This document shows, piece by piece, positions 1 through 14,340 of a stretch of 64,000 nucleotides of DNA. The notes under the pieces are model-generated. The model had not been told where the DNA came from and made no database searches. It worked only from the letters and a program-made list of their open reading frames with translations. Source of the DNA: Haliotis rufescens. Its lineage: Eukaryota. The position numbers and the translations under genes were made by a program. Location: NCBI RefSeq assembly GCF_023055435.1, contig NW_025963779.1, forward strand, positions 34,658,001 to 34,722,000. Reading direction: 5' to 3'. The number at the start of each line of letters is the position of its first letter. Position 1 is the first letter of the stretch.

Positions 1-1169
1 CTTTAACTTTCATTATGACAATAGACAACAAGGTTGTCTATTTTATCAATCCATGTGATTTTTCAAAAATGAAAATAGTGCAAACTTGCTATTCAACAAC
101 ATTCATTTGAACAGTTAAAAGACCTGTCCACTTGAATTTTTTGTTCTTAATATAAGGGTAAGTGAGGTCATTTATATCAAAGCAATGCATTTTTTAACAC
201 CTGATGTCCTAAATAAAATGACTCATAATCCATCTGATTTATGAGGCTGTCATAAATTGCTACACTTATTTGATTCTTTACACCCTCTAAGAGTGAGTAA
301 CAACATATCCAATCTGTTCGGAATTTAAACCCAAGCAAACTAATTATTTCCAGTCAGGCCTTAAATAAAAGTTCTGCCTTTTCAAAGCTGCAACAATAGT
401 AGAACCCTACTTCTACTCTAGCCTCTGAACCTTTCAATCACATGCTATGTGAGAGGTCGACAGAACACCAACTGAGTGATTATACACCTAGTTAGGTTGG
501 CTAACCGACAGCATTATACACTCGGTGCAGTAAGTTTCCTGTTACTCTATCACACTGCTTGAACAGTATCACTTCCCCTGTGAAACAGTGTAACTGTAAC
601 AGAGGAGAGGGAGAGTCTCCAGGACAATATTTTTCAAAGATATAAGCCCACCTTTAAGGCTGGAACAGGTTATAGTGGCATTTCTTCACACACAAATATT
701 TTCTCCCATTTTCCTCATACTGTCTATAGTTGTGCGAGATATAATGAGAAAGTTTTGTCTCTCTGTTTAGAGATACCACTTGGCTGTAACATTCATATTT
801 TCACAGTTGGATTGATAAACATAACATGATATGGAATATTGCTCAGCATAATCAGTCTGTGCCAATATGTTTTGAGCCTGCTAGCCTAAACTTGGTTTTC
901 AACAACGTTTTTAGTATATTGAGTTTTGTTTACAGAGCTTACTATACCAAACAGAATTTACAAGACTCAGGCTTCGGACAAGTGGCAGACTGCATTATGT
1001 TCCCATGTTGCCTGTTCAGACATTTACAAGTGCTTAGGAATCACAGCTTTTACTATATCACATGCATACATTAATATCTGCTAAGTTGAAACATGGTGAT
1101 ACAGTTATTAAATATGATCTACTGTAAATAATGACATTATGTGTTGAGGTTAGAGCTGTGCCAACTTAC

Positions 1170-2618
1170 TGAAAAATGACCCTCCAAGTTCTGGCTCTCA
1201 GCATCATATTGCGTAGGATCATCCACTGCATCATAAAACTCATCCTCTGGTGAAAGTAGGACGTTAGGTTCAACCTGTGGCTCAACACACTGATATGACC
1301 GACAACCTGTCTGAGCACTATAAACTGGCTGACTTTGCACATTTCCTTCAAATTGGTAATAAGTATTTCCATTTGAAGACTGTGGAAGACGATGAAGGGA
1401 TTGGCAAGTGTTTGCTCCAATTTGATTTTCAGGAAGTTGTAATCCTTTCAAATCTTGTGGCAATGGTTGAATATTTGGTTGGGGAAGTGGATGAAATTCA
1501 TCATACACATCTAGGTATGTTTCTGAAGGTTCTGAACCGTCTTCTGGCGTAACACTTTCCTGACAGTCAAGAACCAATTCAGGTTCACAGTCAGACCGAA
1601 CCTGAGTAAAGTAGGGTTGAACACGGTGAGGTGATTCATCAGCACCTGGATGATACAAATGGTTGACTGGTGACTGATTTACAAATAAACGATCTTGTGA
1701 TTGTTGATGTATGAGGAAAGGTTGAACACCTTCACCATGGAACTGGTAGTGATGACCTTCCGATGAGTAAGCTGGAATGTACACAGGCTGCTGTTGAGGA
1801 TGAGCCTTATGTTGAGGATGAAGATGGTATGCCTGAGGTTGAGGATGCGGAGGGGACATCTGAGGAGTGGGAGGTAGCACCATGTGTTTCCCAGTTCGGT
1901 TATGGGTTTGCAGTGGTTGAAACTGCTTGTTCAAAGAATCTCTCCAGGTGTCACCCCCTCGGTCAGATGACACCAACATGGGCTGCTCTTCATCAATACT
2001 TGACAATGAGTTAAACCTGTTCATATCCATGGAATGTAAATGTGTATGGAAGGTTTCACGAGTATTAGAAAATGGACCTCGACTGGATTGCAAATTGTTA
2101 TTTCTTTGATGAATATAAGAATCATAATGGGGATTATCAGCCAGATTGTACTGGACAGAACTTTGACAAGACTCCACCTGGGACACATCCCTCATATCAC
2201 AATGCACATCCTGATAGTTGTTGTGGGAAGTGTCATGATGAAACTGATTGATTAGAGTCCTGTCTAGATATGGCTGGCCTTGTACTGAAATCCTAGGCGA
2301 CTTAGCAGTCATGTCTATGTAATTACTTCCAATGCCAGAGCCAGATTCATCACAAGGTTGTCCAATATTGTAGTATCCAATTTTCATCCCAAGTTCACCA
2401 TAGTTTGGGTCATCACTTAACCTGCCACCATTCTTGTCTTCTTCGTTCCAAGAATTACTGAAGCAGTTACCCTCATTGTGAAAGCAATTGTTCTCGTGGC
2501 ACAAGCTCCTGCTTCCTTGGCAATATTCATGAGTGTCGGCCACATCCTCCTCTCCCCCTGAGTCTCCTCCTAGAGAATCTGCATCATAGTCAGATATCCA
2601 GTCTCCATGCGGCTCCAT
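1170..2618 (-). CDS. Large candidate alternative first coding exon (483 codons, acidic/Q/P/H-rich, probably disordered) of an unidentified gene that continues left of the window
   Basis: The 493-aa ORF 1137..2618 starts at an ATG. A GTAAGT donor at 1169-1164 (minus) follows ...GHFS in phase 0, and the ORF ends 10 codons into the intron. No recognisable domain. Confidence 0.7.
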
Positions 2619-5600
2619 GTCTCCTATTCCGTCAGACTACAGCTGTTTCATGTACAGAGGATAGTATATCCAGAACCCACCGCTTGAAATGTTCGATAAA
2701 ATTTACATTAAATATCATTGCCCATGATATTCACAAAACCTTTAGTTCAACAGCAAATTTTCCTTGAGAATATGTCCATGTACCTATATAAAAGCAAATC
2801 ATCTTCTTTCTTCTAAACTAGATCATGTAGATGTGTAAAATCAACTGCAGTTCAACAGTTTGTTCTCACAATAACCAGATTCAGTTGTGGGATGACACTC
2901 CTGTCTCCCATCAGTTCTGTACCGGGTAATTAATTTTGATATGAAATGTTACACACCTACTTCATGAAATCTAGATCACAAGTCTGTAAAAATATTCTTC
3001 TCTAACCTGCGCAGCGTGATTATCATCCCACTATTCAGAATAGACTTCACATACACCTGGGAGTGACCACCAAATCCTCAACTCAACAAAAAAACCTATA
3101 AAAGCCAATCCTTGTCAACTTGCACTTGCATACAAAACCTGTAACACCTCAGGTGAGTGCAGGAGACAATGCTGGAAACCGGACTTCATAATTCAGCAGC
3201 CCCCATGCCTGCATTACATTTACTTGTGTATGAGGCTACACACAAAATTGTCTTGATAGCTGTACCTCTTGGGAAAATCACATGAGTCTGATAGGTGTGC
3301 AAGTATGCAGCGTCAAATAAACCTCTCGTATCAAAACACCACAAAACCTTGTTCACAAAGTATCTTCTGAATAGCCTCCAGCTCTATACACAAACATGAC
3401 AAAGATAGAAGCTTTCAGCACATCATTCACTGTATATTGTAGTTTGTGATATTGCAGTATGAAGGTCTGCCATGTAGACGCATGTAATTGGAATCATCAC
3501 AAATATTCACATAACATTAAAACTCCTTTTTTTCAATCACCCTTAAACTTGTCCAGGACAACCAAAACACTTTCCGTCAGTTTCCTTCACGCATGACTGA
3601 ATGTCTGAAGCCATCACTTACTTTTAATGGCTAAATTATCAAATGTTCCTTAAGTCAAAGGTGATTATTTTTTACAGCATGGTCCGATATCGACAGCTCA
3701 TCAGCTTGTATGTCCAACGTCACTAAACAGTAATATTTCAAGGATAATATCAACACTGAATCTTGATAGTCCTCAGTAGCACGCGCCTCCCTTTCTTCAC
3801 TTTGCCAAGCAATAAAAACAAATCTGTGTCACACTGATTATAAAGCCTTGGAAGTGTCTCTACCAGTAAATAGTTACTTTTTACCACTTCACCTGCGGCT
3901 GTGGAGATTTATCTTGATGGAAGAGGCATCTACTGTCACCAGGAGGGTCTAACCTGCTCCTTATGCCCTGACAGAAACATGTCACGGATCACCTCCCATT
4001 CAACACATGCCCATGATGCAGTTGAAAAGCCTGCACTCCTTCTGACCCTGTGTGTATCCCCGTTATCTGTAGAATGTGAATCAGGACACTCACAACACAG
4101 TGTCTACCTGAACATGCACAGGTAGGTGATAAGACAGCCCTCTGTCAACATGGCGAGCAGCACATACTATGCATTATCACTGATCATCATCAAAGGGGAT
4201 CTATTTTATCACTTATGATAAACATAATCCAAGCCAGATCCCTTATCTGCATCACAATACACTTTCAATGGTTATTATAGGCTATCACTAGTATCAGAGT
4301 TTCAAATCTCTTCAATTTCTAGGACATTGACTGAATGTAATCCAAAACGTCCTGGGAATTTCATCTCAAATTTGGTAATGATACCTTAAATGTCATATCA
4401 AAAGTTGACAATATTACGAAAATGCCCTATTGTGATTTGTCTCTAGCACCATCACCGAACTTTCATCAGTTTCTCTGTTTTTATCATGCATAGTAACTCT
4501 TCGTTAAGACAAAGACTTCAGAAATTAGAAATTCTTAAATATCTATATGGTTCACATTCTGTTCCGTGCCCACAATATTGATTTACCTTCATGTCACAAC
4601 ATACTAGAACTTCACAGGCTAGAATGTCAACAGAAAATCAAATACCTGCTCTGCCTGTCAGTCAGTGCAACAGCAGTTACATCAGACTTGGATAAACACT
4701 CAACTTACAGCATTATCATCAAGTTACTTAACACTGATCCTCTGTTCTCATTGACACTTCAATCCTGTTATACATTCAACATGGGCTGGTTCCCAATACC
4801 TGGATATAGAAGCCGGGTAAACCACACCAATCCTCCTGCTCATTAGCAACGTCAATGATGTCACTCGTTAACACATGTTAGCATACAAGGCATGTCTACT
4901 GATCCCATGATTCTACAAGTCAGGTAACACACAGGTAGCACCGTTTTGACAAGAATGCACTGGTCACAAAACATCCAGGCTCACAGAATGGGACCTGCAA
5001 TCAATTCCGTGACAAACGATAGTTCCAGTGTGGCAAGAGTACAGGTAATATAGATTGTACTTATCTGTTCATTCCCATAACACTACAGTTCACACTGACC
5101 TCAGCAGGAAGAACCCATTAGTAGACACCACAGATAGAGAAAACCTCTCTAGGATCTGGTCCTTGATAATGTTGATTAGTCAACCTGGTCCCAGACAGCC
5201 CTTACTTTGCTGACTCAGCGAGAACTAACATTTTCTGTTGCCACATATGGATCAATAGGTTTAAGGTGGAAAGATGAGAAACAACCATTCCTTGTCCAAC
5301 AGGTATGTCACTCAAATGTCTCCACGTTGCATCACAATGTCTTCCAATATACTCCTCATTATGTGTCTCCCCGAACATGAACGTAGATCGATGGGGTGGA
5401 TGGGTTTGCACTTCATCGTCTGACAATGATGTAATCATGCCAAAGCAGAATATTCTTTCATTAATACAATATTAATTTCCTGCACAAGATCAATACATCT
5501 ACCACCAGGAGGTTGCCACGTCCCATCTGACCTCACACAGACGCAGGTTCCAGGTCTGTGGGTAAAATGAAATTAGATCAATGAAACTTTGGTCATCGTC

Positions 5601-8600
5601 CAAATACCTTGCTGTAGGGTCAGACTGTTGTGAATAATAAATACTGGAAGAATGTTCCAGGCATCAGACCATCTGAGGAGGCCAGAGTCTGCTGGGTGGT
5701 AATGGTCAAGGAACTTCTTGTAGATAGTTTAGAAAAATAAAAGTTGAAAACTAAATAGGATAAAAATTTGATATTTAGCTACTTATTGAGCATCTTCTTC
5801 CACATGACCAATTCTGTCACACTCTCAAGTCAGCATAATGAGAGGAAGTTAGTTGTCTTGGCAACACCGGCTTACTTCAAAACCTTTGCCTTTACTAAAT
5901 GAAAAATTTATACCTGAAGTCAAGCTTAGACAGAATGTTGTGTGTAATATTTTCCTCCACAAGACAAGATGACCTTCTTGCAACTCAGCCTATGCTAAGT
6001 GTGTCCTAAGTTGTTCATGTTGAAATGATAAACAGATTGTGCAGACAGTCAAATATGTCTTACTGAAGAATGTGTCTCTCCTTGACAGTAAATAAGAAAG
6101 TCAACAATCACGCATTTACATTCCAAGTGCCTTTCCTCACCTTCCAAAAGTCAATTTTGAGCCTCAATACAAAAGTTGAGCATGTCAAGTCCCATCAAAG
6201 GGTTACATTGAGAATTTGCACCCTAAACATGACATACCTTACAGAAAGGCAACCATCATTAAAAAAGCAATCAAACAGATCCAAACTGTAGATATGGTTG
6301 AGATTGAGGTCAATCTGAATATATTCATAGATCTTCAGTGGCACCTTCTCCCAACAAGATATTGTGATCGGTGCACAAGCATGACTTGAATGGAAGTCCT
6401 CAGAATCCCATGATGTATGCAACTCCAACAATGGATAGCTTCTGTTAAGTGGTCGTCCAAATAATAAATCCTCACACCAATATAGATAATCTCTTAATCA
6501 TGAATATCTAACCACAGCCAGATTGAAAACAGGTAAAAGGATTATTCTTCAAAATCCATGCATGAAAAATATTCCTTTTCCAATTGATAGCTGATGCAAC
6601 CAAACAGTTCACTCATTTAGGAGCACACCAAAGTTTGTATTTGTCCATCAATCCGCACAAGCTTCGACACGCAGCATGTTGAAGCAAAGCCTAGAGATCA
6701 GGAGGTCAGTGGCATCCCCCAACAACTTTACAGGTGAGACGTCTTCACTGTATTCCCCTTATACATCACCACAAACAATAAATATTCAAATTAGGCCCTA
6801 CTCAAATACACAAAGCCTCACAGGATGCCCAACATTTGAATGGACACCTTTGTATGCTCCCAAAAAGCAAGTCATCAGAGTTTCCTTGCATGAATGACAC
6901 ATGTCAAGCAGAAGCAACAAGCGTTTCTTATCCAAAATGAAAATCAAGTCAGGAATGACGACATGAATAGATTTTTACTGAACTGTTTAATCCCAAGTCT
7001 TTGCCTTACTGGGCCACAAACAGAGATGGACAAAAACACACTCGCCTCCTTGTACTTGCAGGTTTTGATGGGAGAGATAAATAAAAACACTCTCATTGTA
7101 GGCATGGCTGGCAGGTTCCTCATGAAGGATCAATAATAGAGACATGTGTTCATGTTAGACATCAATGTCAGCTATCTTGGATGGGGCACTGAATGAATGG
7201 CCCCTACAATAACTATTCTTAATGCATATGATGAGCAAGCAGTTCAACGTATATGGTATTAGACTTTTAAATATGGGGGATATTTTCAGCCCCTTCTGGC
7301 TATTCAGGTCCTTGTCATAACTCCAACATTAAAAGTTAAAGATTTATAGGGTCCCAAGATTCAAATACTATTGCAGCCAACCTCAAGGACTCCCTTTAAT
7401 TCTGAATAGCTTGGTAGGATGATGATTAAATGAACTTGATGAAATTGTTACTTACTAACTAATTTACAATGTAAACTTTTACTGAACATTTTTGCAATAA
7501 CACAACAATCTGTTCAAGGACCTTTTTCAGTCCAATAGCCTGAACTTTGCTCTAAAGCATCATTTTCAGATTTTAGTGTTATTATAAGGACTATTATTAG
7601 CTTAGCCTACTAGATCAAAAAAGATTTCTACTAGCCTCAGGCTTTGGACTAGTGGCTAAATTTGCCAACTGACACTCATAAGTTCAAGTTATTTTCTGCC
7701 TATAATCTGAGTCAAATTAATAAATAACAAGGTTAAATAAGATTTTCAATTCAAGAATATGACTATGTTTTTTTTGTTCATGTCACATAGATAGACAGAC
7801 ATAAAAAACAACCTGATTTAACTTGCACCAGGTGCATGTTAACATAATTACCTAGCTGCACCAGACAAAACCAAGATGCACCCTCGTCCCATAATTTTCT
7901 AAAATTTGAAACACAGATGCATAAACTAGTTTTGATAAATATAATCTGATGCCTCTTATGACAGTGTCATGATTTTCCATAAATTAATGTGTATTGCTGT
8001 AAAACGTAATAGGAACATGTGCACATAATTTTGAAGTACCGGTACCAATATTTTAATGATGTCAAGCCCAAGAAAGCATGCATCACAAATTACCCAACAC
8101 AGGGATGCAGTATGGTAAATTAAGGTACTGAGTGTGTTCAAAAGTCTATGTTGTGTGGTCAAATAAGGGTTGTTTGTCTTTTTTAATACATGCACTTGGT
8201 GAAAGTAGACATAAATATCAGGATGCACCTTTCAATAACAGGTTGCACTGGTGCATGTTTTATATAGCTCAATCGAGCCCAATGCTAAGCACTAAGAGAG
8301 ACTGTTTTAATGAAAATACAATGAATTTAAAATTAACTCAAATTAAAATACTGAAACTATGTCACAATTATGAGAAATATCAGACAGGTTCATACAAATT
8401 GATAATACATGGTTTTATACCTTAGAGAACTTGAACATATGTGCTGTCTATTTTGAGCTTTCATTGTGACCACTGATGCATGAGGTTCAGAGAAGCAAGC
8501 CAAAAGCAACTGACACCAGTAATAAAACTTATCTTGAATTATAGCAGTCATTCAGAACTGATCTGTGTTTACAAATCTCTGAAAGTTTTGCAGCAAAATA

Positions 8601-11600
8601 AAGCCAGTGTATGTTGGTGATCCTTCACAACACAATAAGCAGTGAGATTCTGTCTGATTAACTTCTCCCCATCTGGTTTGCTCCCCTCCATCAACGACTT
8701 TGTTCCATGAAGAACCATATCTAATCTTCAATCATAACAGCAAATTGTAAGAAGGATGCAGTTTACTGAAATGCTGAGGTTATTCATGTACTTGACAACA
8801 TGAACTAAAGAGCATGGAACATGTGTGATTATTCATCATACTAGCATAGAACTAATTAAGTTTGACTTAGTTGATGACAAATATGTATGGCTGACAAGGC
8901 AATCCCCTCACAACAGATGAAGATGGAGCAGTTCTGTGATATCTTGGAGGAACCCAGTGCTGCTGCATGGTGCACAGTATCATCCAGCACACACAGTAGT
9001 GGAAAGTATTACTAAGCAGTTCAAAGTTAGTGAGTGAGTTCGGTCTTATGACCCAATATTCCAGCAACATCAAGACTGAGAACACTGGGAAAAGGCTTCA
9101 CACACTATACCCATGCTGGGAATCAAACCAGGGCCTTCAGCTTGCCTAGCCAACTCCTGAATGACATGGCTACACCTACACCCTGTTACAGCTCATCACC
9201 ATGATAAACAACATATTGAAATATGCTCTCAATGTTAGTACACATACAAGTGTAAGACATGGATACAATGTTGCATTGACAACTGCTGGAAAACTTTCCA
9301 ATTGAAGATATATAGAAAACTGGATATATGCAGTCATGTCTGCATTGCTTTCGATTGCATAAAGAGGGTTACTCCAGATAACCAGATCGGAGGCAAGTCT
9401 GGCTGTAAAGAATCTTCTAGAAAATTATTGGTACCAAAGTCAAACTGGAAGTACTGTTTCACAATTCATGGATGCATTTGAGCTTTTATTTTTGTCAATC
9501 TTATAAAATACTTCCAAGCATTGCCGCCATGACCTTGATTACCATGACATGTCAGAAATACTCTCTCAAGGACAGCAGATGTTTACAGAGTTTGGAATAA
9601 GTAAATCAATGCAAGGTGTACATGGCTCTGATTTATATCATTGCACCTCAATTGGTGAGAATCAGCTGCATCTAGTACCAGGCACCTACTCTGTACCCAG
9701 TTACCACAATACAGCATAGCTGGGCAAAACCAAGGCACATACCTCGTATCAGACAACTTATGCCATGAAAATGTATTCTGGTGTACTTTTATTTTTCTAG
9801 GCAGAAAGCTGCGAAAACTAACACAGAGTGTTATTTTCTGCACATAACAGAACACAATGCACAATAGTAGAAAAAGCGCTTGAGTGAGCACATTCCATTC
9901 ATCACTAGCTGCCTGCCCCATCTCTCCACACTGACCAAAGTATGTGACCATGTTACACATGCACTGGCTACACACTGGAAATACTTGTAGACGTTTCATG
10001 TTGACAGTCTGGGATAAAACAAGTTTGCACATCGTCCTTAAATAAGTGGAAGACTTGCTGCCTATTTATACACGCTGGTTCAGTTTACACGGCCAAATCC
10101 AGGTGATACCCACTCTGTTGGCATAGGTATGCGATGAAAAGGGTTTTGTATTGAGAGTTTATATATCTACCTCGTGCAAGTGGGGGAGCCTTCTTCATGA
10201 TTCTGGCAAACAGGGAAACGATCATCTCCTATCTTGTTGTTAATCTCTCAACCAGTCCCAGGTGGAAGGGGTGTAAATTCACCTGTGTAATCAAAGCACT
10301 CAGTGTCTGATCAGTGTTGGTTTACACTGTGGTAGTGACACACTTTACAGTGTAGGTATAAATCAAGGTTTACACAACATCGGTATTCTGGTTAATCAAC
10401 ACGATCAATGGCTCAATGCTTGGAATGTACCTATGTCTACTGTATCTAAAAGAACACCTCATGGCTCACTGAGTCATCTTGGGTATAGGGTGAATCAGGG
10501 GTCATTGATTTAACAGATAAAGATGTAGTACAACTATTAATAAGGTTATATGACAGTGTTAGAAACAAAGGGGTCAAGGGGCGCTCATTTCAGCTGATTT
10601 AGAAATTAAATCTAGGGACCCTTTAAATATAATTCTTTTAACATTAGGGAACATTAGGATTATGGCAAGGACACTTGGAATTTCAAGCTTAATTTTTAAC
10701 ACTGTAAGATGATAAGAAAATTTTAAAGAGGAGCTGGTGCATAAAATGACAATCATCCAAATATTCATTTCTACAGAAGTTTAAGATTTTATAGTGAATC
10801 TGAATGCATACATCATCAGGGTTCACTCTTGGCATTTTCTGGCATGGGCCCTTTATGTGAAAATTTCAAATATTCCAGAGGTCCCCAACTGTTAAAATGC
10901 CCCATCGTATTTGATAATGTGGGCCATTTTTCAAATTTAGGGGCTTAAAGCACAAGGCCCAACCCTAGAATTATCCCTGCATCATTCTTTTGAAACACAT
11001 TGTGAATGAAACTTAAACAATATAATAGAACTATCAGAATGGAACAATATGTTTATTCTAATAATCACTTTTAGATTGTGGGCACAACATGTCACCAGGA
11101 TTACACCAGTACTACTAAAACATGTTGAACGTTGTGCCCAGCTTATTATGAAATATGTCTTCAGTGAGTCATAACTCGAACTGTTTACTTCACTTCCCCT
11201 CCACAACAAACTGTCATTATCTTCATCTTACAGTCCAAGTTGTATCCCCACAACAGGACTACACAGCTAATAACCTGGTCCGGCTGTGCACACACCTCTG
11301 ATCACCAGGGGATGACACTTATTGTCCATATACCAGCATGGACACAGTCAGACCCAATCTCCAGGGGCCTCGTATACATACGGGCCTGTGCTGCCTTAGT
11401 CTTGCCAGTTACCAGTGTATATATATAATGTATTTCAAAGTTATATTTAGCTCTAGGTAATGTACATTATGGTAGGCAGATAACCACTTTTGTAACTTCT
11501 AATATTAACATGATGTTTGTTTGTTAAAGCCACACTCAGCAATTTTCCAGCTAAATGACAGTGGTCTGTCTGGATCAGACAATCCAGTGATTGACATCAT

Positions 11601-12354
11601 GAGCATCGATCTATGGCACTGGGATGAAGAAACAAATTGACATGGTTAGAACAAATCTGCATCATTTTTTCTCAATGAATCTTCTTAACACAGTGACTGT
11701 AAATACAACAGATCATTTACAAAGCAACATTTCAATACCCATTGATGCCTTTTTAGTCCGAACCCTCCAACAGGAAACCCTGTTGTCTCTACAACTGTAG
11801 TTGGAAGCATCTATATTATGCAGGGATAGAAATTAGCACTAGCCCTCTAGCCCACCAGTTAAGTTAGCATTAAAGATATCCTGAGGGCTAGTAAATTTTC
11901 ATGGTTAAATTCTATCTGTGTATATATATGCTATCCATGTATACCATTATCATGATTATTACATATTAGGACTCACTAATCAGAAAATGTGTTAATCCTG
12001 ACGATTTCATTAGGAACGGTCTACTCAACATGCTCAAGATTAAAAGGGTTTCACTGTATCACAACACAATAATCATGATACAGTTCCTGGATTCCAGTTA
12101 TCATGGCTATAGACAAAATTACTCTGAAACATAACACAACAGAAAATCTTTAAATAGCACTATCAATAACCCAAACATATCTTCCTCACAGCCCTACCAC
12201 CATACACGCTATACAACAAGACATAAATATCTTGTGAAGATCTTTTCTCTTAGAGAGATTACAATGTATATCAGCAAGATCACTGATAAAATCAATTAAA
12301 CATAACACATCACCTTCCTACATCCTTCACACAAATACACAAAGCATGACTTAC

Positions 12355-12408
12355 TTGACACTCTAGATCCAAGCTTCCTTCATCAACATGGCTATTTGTG
12401 GGCGACAT
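12355..12408 (-). CDS. Candidate alternative first coding exon MSPTNSHVDEGSLDLECQ of the same minus-strand gene
   Basis: ATG at 12408, 18 codons, then a GTAAGT donor in phase 0, the same phase as the other two candidate exons. Confidence 0.4.
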
Positions 12409-14019
12409 TTATCAATAATCCACATCGATCATGGTAGAGCTAACAAACCATCTCAGTTGAGGTTTTGTGTAGTGTAATGGTCTACCACATCTACATCACA
12501 AGGAATATGATCCTCCATCACTTTTGATGTTAAGCATGATGCTCATAAAACTTATCTCAGACCTGCTAGTATTACATGACTAACAGTGCCTCAGTATAAG
12601 GACTGATACCTGGATGAGTTACTTCCCCTTCTTCAAAAATGAAATTTGACACCAATTTGATGATTAGGATACAACAGACTGATAATATTTCATTTCAAAT
12701 TCATAAATTCACTCTAGTTCAGGACTAGTTACACTATAATGTAACCTTCAGTCACTTCACATATGAAGACTGGATGCTTAATGAACACAAAGTGCATGTG
12801 TAGTGGAAAGGAACATGTATGGCACCAAGGGATCATCACAAAAACACTTTTAATAATATTTTTTTCCCGCAATCTGTTGACCATTATAAGAATTTCAAAC
12901 AACAACCTGGATATCTTTTGAACACATTCACACACAACTGTGTAATGTCAAATCGGCCACCAACACCACAGTACTGAAAACTGTTCTTGGATATTTAGAC
13001 AAGTGCTAAGCATGAGATGGTCCCTCCGTGTGAAATGCATTCTCACACAAGAAGCACATGTGTGCACCTTCCTTCACATCGCTGTATAACAGAGGAGATC
13101 AGGTTTCAAACTTTCCCAGAGGTCTAAGGGTGTAGGAAGCAGACAAAAAAGTTTTTAACCATCTGGCTGGGCAGGATGATTCAGAGGACGGACCATGTGA
13201 TGCACAGCCTCAGTCTAGTCTCTCACGCTCATCTTCATACAAAAAACACACAAATATTCCTGTGTCTGTCGCTTAAATGGATTCCTTTTTCAGCCAATGC
13301 CATCGGGGCACTGCTTTGAGATTACCCAGTGATAGCAATGCTGCTAAACAGGAACATGTCTTGTCCAATACAAGAAGAGCGTATTATTGACATATCATTT
13401 TTTCTAATTATTTAACATGAAAAATGGCATGATGGTTATTCAAACTTAAAACTGAATATAATTAAGTTTGTAATTGAGCAGAGGCAAATTCATATCCGGA
13501 ATGAATGCTCACGCTGAAAAAGCTTTGAGAAATGTTCAAGCATGAGCTATTGATGTGGAAGATGTTTAAGGCTGATGCAGAGACAGCCAAATTCAGATGT
13601 GAAGGCTAATACGAGCACTTCTGTCTGCTGACAGATTATGGAGGTCTGACAGCAGTGAAGCATCACCGAAAACTGAAATGATTCATCTGCAAATATCTTG
13701 CACTTTCAACATGTTCAATATAATATAATCTCGACTTGTCATTTGCAGATTCTAGTTGACATCAGCAGTTGATCAGGTTCATGTCATAGCTTCTTCCTAC
13801 TTTGTACACTCAACCTGGTCTTTCATAATATTTAATGACATGAGTAGTAGCTATGTATTGTATTCATCTACTTTCAGATAGGCGTGTTATGTACAGTTAA
13901 CATGGTTAAGTCCTCAGGACCATGAAAAATAAATAACTTTTTCAGCAGTTCAAGAACATGCAAAGTGCTGTAATCAAACCATAGCTCAAGGGTTTTGCTA
14001 GGACCATAAAGGTTAGTGG

Positions 14020-14340
14020 TGGGACGATACACTGATACATCAGTGGGTAGCGATTTTGTTTCTAATATATAAAAGTATCAAGCACAGTGGCACACTAAGT
14101 AACAAATACCGATACATATCTTAAATGTTTGCTGTAATACCAGTTACATGAAACACTAATTAGAAGTGAAAACGTAAATATTTTCATCAATTGCACCATA
14201 CTTGACACTGCCAAATGTAAATCGTCAGTGTGCCAGCTATTTGGCCATCCTGTCTATGAAAAAGTTGGCTTACACTAAGAGCACATGCAAGTATTGTGAT
14301 ACATATCAGATCACACAGTCGGTGTATTGTCCCAGCCCTA
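14020..14340. repeat. Interspersed repeat (hAT-like MITE), second copy at ~19950-20300
   Basis: Shared GGGACGATA start and ...GCACATGCAAGTATTGTGATA...GGTGTATYGTCCCAGCCCT end. Confidence 0.6.

Noticed and set aside
5202-5438. 78-aa minus ORF ending at a GTAAGG donor, as another alternative first exon
   Set aside because: The donor falls in phase 2, incompatible with the phase-0 series, and the other frames contain stops.
9583-10032. 149-aa minus ORF
   Set aside because: No recognisable domain or splice support, and the composition is typical of intronic sequence.
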